Source of the DNA: Phoronis australis
Taxonomy: Eukaryota > Animalia > Phoronida
DNA length: 64,000 nucleotides
NCBI GenBank assembly: GCA_002633005.1
Contig: NMRA01000104.1
Location: 556,841 to 620,840, forward strand
Reading direction: 5' to 3'
The translations under genes were made by a program, and so were the position numbers. The notes below the pieces were generated by a model that ran no database searches, was not told where the DNA came from, and was given only the letters and a program-made list of their open reading frames with translations. The stretch's first letter is position 1, and each line of letters opens with the position of its first letter. Shown in pieces: positions 1 to 10,064 of this stretch.

Positions 1-265
1 TTTCATGTTTGCTTAAGTAATCTGTGGTTACAATAATTGCACTGCGCTTATGCATTTTGCGATTTATAATTATATTGGACATCTTTGTATTTGCAAATGA
101 ACTTCATAGACTTGTATAAGTTTCATAGTGAGTACAATTTTGTTTTATCTAAGTTTCTTTATTACTCTAATCAGACTCATTAAATTTCCAAATGGACAAT
201 TCCGACAAACGGATATAAGCCACGTCCACCATACTTACCACGTGTAACGAATATGGTCCCTGCAT

Positions 266-846
266 ATGGTGGGCCGTTGAGGGGAAAGTGTCGCCGTAAA
301 ATTACGCTCGTAATTACGAGCGTAAATTAAATTGCAGGATTGTCACCGTAAAATTACGCTCGTAAATTAATAAATTAAATGGGGAAAAGTTTCGCCGTTA
401 AATTGCAAAAGTGTTGCGGTAAAATTACGCCCGTAAATTAAGTGGGGGTAAATGTCGCCGTAAATTACGCTCGTAAAATATCTTAAGAAAGTTCCAAATT
501 TAAACCAATCAGTGATGACCTAACATACACGACTGTTGCTGGGCAGCTCGTTCTTGCACAGTCGCTGACATGACAGCAGCGATTTGATCCGCCGTGATTC
601 AGCGCTCGTATCGTAGACATGAAACCCGCCAGTAAATAAGTATTTCCATGAGCGCGCGATCTTCGATCGTAAAACCCAACGTCATTGGCTAAGAGTTTAA
701 ACTAAATTACGAGCGTAATTTTACGTCGTAAAGAATTAAATTACGCTCGTAATTTTACGGCGTAATTAACGGCGTAAATAACGGCGTAATGTACACAATT
801 ACGCTCGTATTTTTCCGGCGACACTTTCCTCCCAACGGCCCATCAT
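266..846. mobile_element. Non-autonomous DNA transposon (MITE) with ~50-bp imperfect TIRs and internal AAATTACGCTCGTAA-type subrepeats
   Basis: Left end atggtgggccgttgaggggaaagtgtcgccg is the near reverse complement of right end cggcgacactttcctcccaacggcccatcat. Possible 3-bp TSD cat (263-265/847-849). Many ttacgctcgtaa/ttacgagcgtaa copies inside. Confidence 0.65.
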
Positions 847-1078
847 CATACCTGCAGGCACGCTACAACTTCCCGATGACATTTCTTTAAAATTGTTAAT
901 GGCGTGAAGCCACATAGTAACAAAGGGCTTTGGTGTAAGATTTTACCATTATAAACTGTGATATTTCCCCTATTCAAAGTATTTGAATTCATTCATACTA
1001 ACCGGTTGACATCTACCGAGTTGGTTAACTCAGAGCCAGATCGATTCAAAGAGCTAGGTGCCATAGTTGTTAGTATAN

Positions 1079-1793
1079 GTAAATTAACAAATTAAATGGG
1101 GAAAAGTTTCGCCGTTAAATTGCAAAAGTGTTGCGGTAAAATTACGCCCGTAAATTAAATGGGGTAAATGTCGCCGTAAATTACGCTCGTAAAATATCTT
1201 AAGAAAGTTCCAAATTTAAACCAATCAGTGATGACCTGACATACACGACTGTTGCTGGGCAGCTCGTTCTTGCGCAGTCGCTGACATGACAGCAGCGATT
1301 TGATCCGCCGTGATTCAGCGCTCGTATCGTAGACATGAAACCCGCCAGTAAATAAGTATTTCCATGAGCGCGCGATCTTCGATCGTAAAACCCAACGTCA
1401 TTGGCTAAGAGTTTAAACTAAATTACGAGCGTAATTTTACGTCGTAAAGAATTAAATTACGCTCGTAATTTTACGGCGTAATTAACGGCGTAAATAACGG
1501 CGTAATGTACACAATTACGCTCGTATTTTTCCGGCGACACTTTCCTCCCAACGGCCCATCATCATACCTGCAGGCACGCTACAACTTCCCGATGACATTT
1601 CTTTAAAATTGTTAATGGCGTGAAGCCACATAGTAACAAAGGGCTTTGGTGTAAGATTTTACCATTATAAACTGTGATATTTCCCCTATTCAAAGTATTT
1701 GAATTCATTCATACTAACCGGTTGACATCTACCGAGTTGGTTAACTCAGAGCCAGATCGATTCAAAGAGCTAGGTGCCATAGTTGTTAGTATA
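1079..1793. repeat. Near-identical copy of 362-1077 across N at 1078 (probable assembly/haplotype overlap)
   Basis: Sequence restarts after the single N and matches 362-1077 with a few SNPs/indels. Confidence 0.85.
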
Positions 1794-2742
1794 GTTACTC
1801 AGAGCTCAGGGACTCGATTAGGAACACTGGTTAACTATTGCCTAACACAACTGATAGCGGGGAATTATTAGTTAAACTTTTTGGTAGCCGCAGGTGGTCT
1901 GGGGGAACTCACGACCGTTGGGTCTTAGGTTGGCTGTAAGGTAAGAAAACATTTGTAAAAAAGACCATTCATTTTAGACTTAATATTCTAACGCATACTG
2001 CCGGACGTAAATTCATTTGATTGTGCGAAATCTACCACGTTTTTATATCCCGCAAGCTCCTTTTCATGTTTGTTCTCTGTAAAGCTGTTGTTCTGTACCG
2101 GGGTATCCTAAACTCCTTAAAAATCGTCTTTTTGCTTTTGTTAGCAACGAATGTTTGTAGGCGTGGATAAAATGAAGGACGGTCGTAGTACTTACAATTC
2201 CTCTGCGCCCTGAATGCCTGGCAGCAATACCTTGACTGACAATGACAACATGCTCGAATATTTTTACTACTTTTCCCATACATTAAATCTGCTCAACTGC
2301 ATTACGAGATTTAGTCTATTCTAGCGTCCCAAGCAGTAGACGGAGCAAACCACCCATTTTCACGGTGTCAATTGAGTGACGGATTCAATGCCTTATGAAC
2401 ATGACCTACTTGACATCCGGTGTTTTGAACCAGTTCCTGTCCCTACTAGTCAAAATTTACTAAGCCTTATCATTTCCGAACTCCTGATCATTCACATGCG
2501 TGTGTTCATGCACCGCCGACGAAACACCTTCCCTCGGCGTTCCTCCGGTGTTGGTGCAACCGTTTTGGTAGGGGTGGTTGAGTTTCACCGATATACTCCT
2601 CGGTACAATAGTTACATTTTGTCACAACGGTTTGTCTTTGGGATGCAATATATGTCACTATATACTTGAGGATAACCTCGAGCCTGATTTACATTTCGCA
2701 AGTTCATTCCTCAACAAATTCGTCCTTCATATTGCTTTCTAG

Positions 2743-4163
2743 ATTGTCGGAGCGAGTGGCACTTGGCGCTGCACGTGAATGAACACGGGACTGTCGAAGA
2801 AGGTTCTAGGGACGACCTCTTGCGAGCCGTGTATGGTGGTGCTAGGATTCGGGTAGTGTTTGAGAACTGGCAGAAGTACGATGTCTTCAACCAGGAAGGC
2901 ACAAGTGTGTCCGTGCATTACGGTCACCTGGTATGTGCACAATTCAAAGATCATCTACTAAACGTGAATCACACATCGTTTGGTGATCCACTTCAAGAGC
3001 GCTATTCACTCGTATGCTCCGATGGTCGTATTGTTCAGGCCCTGGGATCATCATACGGCTCCTATTCAAGTACTACTCTCACTGTTAAATGGTTTGTCAA
3101 ATTTTCTTATAATAGCAAAGAAAATATTGTATCTTACGAACATGATGCCAATGGATATTCGAACGATCAGACAGGTTTGGAAAAACTTAAGGCTGCTGTT
3201 GGAGGCCAAAGAGCCGCGAAACTAACCGCCGTCCTTAGCAATGGCGTCGTCATAGCAATGGATGCATTTGGAAAGGACGAGCTTCTAACTCCATTTGCTA
3301 TTCAACATGACAAAAGGTTTACTGTGATAGAAGAAAATGGTTCCTCAGTTAGAATACAGTTGCCTTTTGTGTGGCAACACCATGTAGTAATGCCGAGTGG
3401 CTACTGTCTGAAATATTCGTATGAAAATGACGGATACGATAAAGCGACAGATAGGTATGGTATGTCTTGGTATGCAGATGAATGCTGGGCATTACGTCTT
3501 TCTGTTGATTCTGATGGCTCTGTTGTAGCGGGCAACTTTTCCAGTGTTTATGAAGCTGTGGTACAAGGAAAGCGAATCTTGGCAAAGGTAAATGAACGAT
3601 TTATTGAGCCAGACTACCTTAAAGTTACAGAGACAAACGTGTTGACTGCACAGCACGTGTCAGTAGAAACCACGATGAAAACTCTCGATTCCACAAAGAA
3701 GGATTGGCAAGCACACGACATATCCTCCAATGGTGAATGCGGGAAGTCACTGAGCAGCACCTTAATCCATGGCTCATTTCCGACGTTAGAGAAAGAAACA
3801 TGTTCTACAATGTGGTTTGAACATTTGTCACCATGGAAAAGTGTTCTTACACACGATGCGTCTGGTACAGTCACGGGTGGCATTGCAGATCGGCTTGTTG
3901 TCGCCATCAGCAAAGGGGCAATGGTCAGGGTTGTGATAGACAGAGGTACTTCACTGCTGGCGCTGAACCTTCATAACGTAGGAGTCACAGTTCGTGATGG
4001 TTTGAAAGTCGTGACAGGATACTCTGTACAAAAAAATAACGTTCGAGTTTTTGTCAGCACACAAGGAACTTTTGAAATGAAAGAAATCTACTGGGGTGCA
4101 CCTACAAGTTCAAAACCTTCATATCATTATCCTAGTAAAATGCAGTGGTTTGTGAACTACTGA
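2743..4163 (+). CDS. Terminal coding exon of an uncharacterised protein with four tandem ~115-aa domains (W-x6-8-G-x4-G-x4-L-x2-AV-x2-G...W[FY])
   Basis: 1.4-kb open frame ending at TGA 4161-4163. No ATG near its start, but a splice acceptor ttgctttctag ends at 2742. Repeated motifs: EWHLALHVNEHG..LLRAVYGG, SYEHDANG..LKAAVGG, CWALRLSVDSDG..YEAVVQG, PWKSVLTHDASG..VVAISKG. The units close with KWFV, SWYA, MWFE and QWFV. Upstream exon(s) not located. Confidence 0.75.
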
Positions 4164-4784
4164 TGTATGTGTTGCTGGTGAAGCCAACACAGTGTGTGTC
4201 TCGTACAGCCTGATATAGATTTAAAATATTTAATCATAAATTTTGGCAGCTAATGAAATAATTAAAAGCGATTCATTGCGTTATTTCATTACCAACATTG
4301 CGACTGAAATTATTTTTTTAAACTTATCCGCATTTGTTTTGGTCTATTTTGTCGTATGTTAGAAATTAAACGTTTTTGTGTATTATTGCGTTGGTCCAAA
4401 GATGATATTCAATTTTTATGGCGTTTCTAATTTTCGTTTTGCTTTATACAATTTTTGCTCTTTATCACCCAGGTGGAAAATATTTCACCCGGCAAAAATC
4501 ACTTAAAATGGTGAATGCATAACTGTGGAAAGAAAACGATTAGTTAATCATTGTCTTGGTCACTATTAGAGGGCACTGTCTTGCAAGTGAAGACAACCAA
4601 CTTGGTCAGGTCTTGGAAAACGAAATTCTGGTGCCAGAATAGGCTACGTGTTTAGTTAAGCAAGCAACGTAAATAAAACGTTCATGTACACACTGAATGT
4701 TGACATCAAGCCCTTTCTCCAAAATTACTGTTATTCATGTCAAAAAATATTCTTGTTATAACCAAAAAGTCCATTATGAGAAAC

Positions 4785-5010
4785 TCAACAGAAATTACTC
4801 AGTATGCAGATGACACCTTCGTTTTTGACTGGTTTGGAATTCTCTCTCCAGCTCGTTATAAATGTTCTTGGATACCACGCAAAAATCGCAGGCCAGAGCA
4901 CGTTAGCGAAGTGTTTTCAGTGGACAAAGAGACTAAATTGCATTATTCAAAATGGTTTTCTGCCACTAAAACATAATTCAGTCTGGTCACTAGGTATTTT
5001 TACGGTTTGG
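4785..5010 (+). pseudogene. Degenerate non-LTR retrotransposon (L1/Tx1-like) reverse transcriptase fragment
   Basis: EITQYADDT (YADD catalytic motif of LINE RTs), then a frameshift into sequence resembling downstream RT motifs (SLQLVINVL..AKIAG....SLGIF). Confidence 0.55.
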
Positions 5011-6330
5011 TCGTAAAGAATTTGAATTTCTGTCAATACATTTAGTTCTTTTACTTTCAAAACAATCTGTCAACTGCTCGTTTTCTCCCACAACGAATCA
5101 CGTCTCCTTATTTGGTATGGCAAAACATAGTCGTAGCATATTTCATTTATATATGGAAAAAGTGATCTTTGGCCTTTGATGTAAACTAAACAATGGTGAC
5201 TTCGCCTGAAGCTATGCTATACCGTATCGTGCAAATGCACGACCCAGCTCCCAGAAACATCATGTCGGCTGTGTGTGTTAATATCACTTGCAGACAGCCC
5301 CATCAGACTCTGGGCGTGGTCCTGCTGTATAGTTACACCTTGCGTTGAAAGTGCATGCGTGAGCCGTCACGTGTCCTGTGCGTCCAGAAATGAAACCAAA
5401 CGACTCAATTTTGAAGAACGAAAATTGATAGCGCCCAATGCTAGACTATGGAAATTTCAAAAAAAAAACATCAAAGACGACGAATCTTCTTCCCAAGTTA
5501 TTAAAAATGCATTCATCTTGGTTTATAGAATTAATTCTTTTTGATCACGTCTTTATGAATTTAATCCAGTAATCGCTGTTAATGTAATCTTTTTCTGCTA
5601 TTTTGCATCTGGATTAATGTGCTTCGCATTCAAAAAATAATTTGTTTCCGAAAGAATGTCTTTATTTCCATCGGCGTCTTTTCAGAAAATGATACTCTTT
5701 CCCACACTAAAGTAGGTGTTACCTTCAATTAAGATGGAAACCTAAATATTTTGAAAGACAAAAAAGAAGAGCCGACATTACGAGGAAAATGATTGATTAG
5801 ATTAACTCAGACCCAAATTAACTAAAATCTTACGTCTATTTTAGAAACGATTCTGGTATTGTGGCGGAGTGGTTTTTTTCTGTACCACCGAAGATTAAAA
5901 AATGTTTTACATTGTACTTATTATTAATGATATTGATGACCTTGGTATATATCTTAATTCTTCACGCAACAAAGTTTTCAAGCGTTAGTCAAAACCTATT
6001 ACCAGATTTAGTCGTTCAAGGATATCACACCCTCACGCAGCACCTTGCAGATGTGCCTTTTCTCCGAACACCAAAATGTTCCCGGAAACCTCAAGTTTCA
6101 CTGGCAGCAATACGGAATACTAAAATCATTACCACGAGGCCTTTACTTAGGAAAGAAAAGAAATCAAGAATGACTATCAAGAATCATTTTCATGAGTCAT
6201 GGAATTTCTGCGAGATTACTTTTTAATTTATGAAGTCAAGCCAACTCTAGTTAGGGCCTAAACAGACAGCCCTGAATACAAAGAGGGTTCGAGGTCTGTA
6301 GCTGAAAATGTAGGATCTAGTGTCATGCTC

Positions 6331-6830
6331 TAATTGCACATTAAATATCATCCCTGACACGTCGAACTTGATCACTCGAGGAAATGTATCCGCAGAAATC
6401 AACCTCTTTAAAAGAACTTATTGACGTAGAAGACTCGACGTTTTTCACTCCGCCATTTGCAGTTTTCACCTAGCGGTGAACTCGTGAACTAAGGTATTTA
6501 CGTGGCTCATTAGCAGTAAAATTCGTAAGCATAAGTATTCAGACGATTTGATTTGTCGGCTCAAGCTCACAGATTTTGATCTTATGGTGTCATATTATAA
6601 TTAGCAGTGACCCGAATGTTAGTTAATGCGAATTAGTTAGTTAAAGTGAATGCGTTTAGTTTACGAGTTCACCACTAGGTAAAAAATGCATAAATGAACA
6701 GTAAAATGTCATATCTTCTAATGAATAAGTACTTTTAAATGGCTTTATTTCAATGCGGGTATAATTTATGCCGATAAATTTCTTTGTGAGATCGTAATTC
6801 GGATCTGCAGGTCAATATTTGCAGTGCAAT
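6331..6830. mobile_element. Old degenerate foldback/inverted-repeat element
   Basis: ttttcacctagcggtgaactcgtgaactaa (~6463-6492) pairs with ttagtttacgagttcaccactaggtaaaaa (~6656-6685), and weaker complementarity extends outward about 130 bp on each side. Confidence 0.5.
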
Positions 6831-8905
6831 TTATGCAGTTGTGACATGCATGGCACCAGGAAGATATAACCAGATGGCACTAAATTCTACACTGTAAATG
6901 TACGGACTTCCAACGGGGTTGGTTTACCTAGTAGATTCGTCGTTGTTACAAAGAGGAGAAAAGAAGCGGAACAAAGTAGAGATCTATTTAATGTAATTAG
7001 GCCACTGGCTCCTTAAACGGAAATAAATACACTCTACAAGCATGCACAAATGCAAAAAATTGACGTTTGCATGAACAACGATCTTGGTTACATTGGTTAC
7101 TTAACTCGGAACATCACGTGATCTCATCAAGCGATCAAAAACAACTGGATCATCTATTACAGCAACTGGAATGCCAAATTTTCGTCGATGGTGCACATAC
7201 AAAGGGTATACTAACAAGAAATGACATTCACTCTCAATAACTCTCATCTCTGGGTATAATGGTTCCTTTCTGGGTTAAATATTTGTATTTTAATACATTG
7301 TCATTTATTTGTTATTGTATAGCGATAAAAATGTAAAGAAATCACAGCAAGGACATAATCTCTCTTCTCGTGTAATTCCAAGCTACCATCCTACTTGTAT
7401 CTCAAACATTTTAAGGGTTTAGCGCATTGAAATTGCGTCGTCCTTTTTCTGTGAAGGGCACATATTAAGTTTGAAACAAAAACAAAAAATATAGCTAAGT
7501 AAGACCGTTTAACAATTCCATAAATTTCCTGAAAGAATTGGATTTTGTTGCTAGCACATTGAATAAGTATTTTGCCCCCAAACCGAGAATTTGTTTAGGA
7601 TCTGTGAAAACAATTCGATGGAACTTCAGTTGCTTTTGAGATGATGTATTTGCTAGCGCAGTTGTATCTTACTTTGGCGTGTTCATACTTACCTTAAGTG
7701 TGTTGTACAGATTGCTGTTACTCAATGAATTTTCAGTTGGAGATGGCATAGCTTATATCATTCCGCGTAATGATAATTGGTGTCGCTTTCAGTGAGTAAT
7801 GGCAATGAGTATGAATTTTTCATGACCAGTTACATCATGTTCTCAATTTCTACGTGATGTTGGAAATTAAAATGATTTGCTTCCTGAGCACTGAGACGCA
7901 GCCAGTTTAATTGATAGTACGCATGCAAATTGATTGAAAAGACATTAAACCGTCATGTTTTGACCAAATAATATAGAGAAATCGCAACTGGTACATCACT
8001 AAGACCTTAAAGTTATTTCAAACCTTTTAGTGTCCTTCATTCTAACTCGTATGTCAAAAATAGGCAATGTCAACCAGTGAAAATATACATATTCTGAAAG
8101 AAAAAGTCAAGAGATTATAAAGATATGATTATATTTACATACCACTATCATTATTCCGTTACCATCTTTTTTAAGTCGAAGTTTCATTTATAAGAAAGGT
8201 ACATTCATAGAAAGATAACACCTTGGCGGATTTTACTGAAAGCCTTTTTAAATGAAAAGTTCAAATGTACCTAAAAAAAGCTGTTAGAATTTTTCTATTA
8301 CTTATTTAATTTTGTTTCTATGCCACATTAACCCGCAAAACGTGAGTTATTTTTGTGAAAAACAGCAGTCGTATTCGTCTATCTTACGGTACCCAAAAAC
8401 TATGCGTTTAAAAGGATAGATTTTTTGACATAGGTGAATAAATATCAAATTTGGAAAGTTTTAGTAAAATTCACCGAGCCGTTTTCGAGAACACGTGTTT
8501 CTTAAGTTCAAATTAAGTCGATTTGACCTCGGAGAAATAGTAAACAAATTTCCACGCTGTTAAAGGTGGTTGTAGTAAATATTTTGTCTCGTTACGTGGT
8601 ATATATTTCGCATTTGAAGTCCCTCGAGAATGAAGATAAGGTATTTTGCTAAACATATGTGAAATATTGTAGAAACCGCCAATTTTTGTGAATGAAGTTT
8701 GAGATATCGTTAAATGCAAAAAAGTAATCGCTCTTTATACCGCTCGTCAACAGTTATACGTTGACGTCAGTTTGAAACTGTATGTATTTTATGAATCATG
8801 TATACCCTACTAGTTCCCCTAGAGGTTCACCTGAGCATAAACAGAACCAAACGACGCGATGGAAGTTGTTGCTTTGCTCATAGCGTAGCATTGCAAAGAA
8901 GTTGC

Positions 8906-9051
8906 CAGTGCTGTATTGGGGCGTAGGCGCACGTAGGCGCAGCCAACCACCTTTTGGCATTAGAACGTAGCGCCTACGCACCGTAAGTGCTCAAGGTGGT
9001 ACGGTGGGCTTTGGGCGCCTACTTACCTCTTAATTTCCCACTACAGCACTG
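8906..9051. mobile_element. hAT-type MITE (146 bp)
   Basis: TIRs cagtgctgtattggg / cccactacagcactg (15 bp, 1 mismatch). Perfect 8-bp TSD gaagttgc at 8898-8905 and 9052-9059. Confidence 0.85.
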
Positions 9052-9180
9052 GAAGTTGCCGCTAGGTTTTGAAAGTGTCTCATCGTTTGACAGTTGTCAG
9101 TGATGAAAACTGGTAAAAAAGGTGGAACTATGTGAGTTTTACGTCCAAAAAATTACATTATGCTTGTCTATCAAGCTTGT

Positions 9181-9310
9181 AAAACGACGAGCATAAAAAC
9201 GGCAAGCGCAACGCGACGAGCGTACAAAGATGAGCGTAAAACCACGACGAGCGTAACGCGACGAGTGTAACACAATTGTAAAACGACGAGCGTAAATATT
9301 TCGAGCGTTA
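9181..9310. repeat. Cluster of short (g)acgagcgta-type repeats, similar to the subrepeats of the MITE at 266-846
   Basis: Several cgacgagcgtaa variants. Related ttacgc/cgtaa words also occur at ~9575-9620. Confidence 0.45.
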
Positions 9311-10064
9311 AAGTTATTTAGGGCCTTACATCAATTGTGCATTTAGCTAAATCTCTGAAACACTACAGAACTTAACCCTGCGAAAATGTATATTTTATGA
9401 AAGTACAAACTTTGCAGAATTTCTAACACCGTTTCTGAAAGCAATCCATAGTATCTGAACGTTTCCTACTGAATCCAATCAGCCATTTCTGAGATATGAT
9501 GTTCCTAGAGTGGCTAATTTTCTAGGGTCCTACACTGTCTTAACAGATCACCAAAATGCACGCCGACGGTATTCTACGCTCGTGAATTACGCGCGTAATT
9601 TAGGAGCGAGATTTACGGGCAACGTTTTTCACCCAACCATCCTTCAATGCTTTGGACAAGCTAATCGACGGTTGTGTGAAGCGTCTCCCATCTTGAATTA
9701 TCAAGTATTATTGTGGCGGAGGTTCTCCTATTTGTATATTACCACTGAGTGACAAATGATCAGTTGTGACGTTCTTCGATTACAGTTTTCCGGTGAAAAG
9801 TAACGATGTAACTATTTTATGATTACTGCCCTAGGTGTTGCTCTTGTGTCCACAATGATAGAAAGGGAACAAACGTAGGCTTAACACTAGCCAGTCGGCA
9901 CCGCCTCTGGTAAATCCGATCCACAATGACATATAAGTACGTGAGACGCGTTCCGCTTAACACCCATCCTGCTGGGATTTGCGCGTATCACGAAATCAAC
10001 TGCTCTGAGGCGGGCAGGGAATATCTTTTCTTGTTTTCGAACGGCACCTAGGTGCTGTTTTTTG

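Noticed and set aside
362-1793. Real tandem duplication or LTR pair
   Set aside because: The two copies abut at N1078 with only scattered SNPs and no TG..CA ends or PBS, matching the other assembly overlaps.
1900-1946. Donor AAG|GTAAGA at ~1940 as the upstream coding exon for the 2743-4163 ORF
   Set aside because: The required phase-1 frame has a TAA immediately before the donor.
5275-9752. Short ORFs of 60-120 aa in the ORF track (here and throughout introns)
   Set aside because: No recognisable motifs, many with non-ATG starts, and many overlap repeats or are antisense/intron read-through of real exons.
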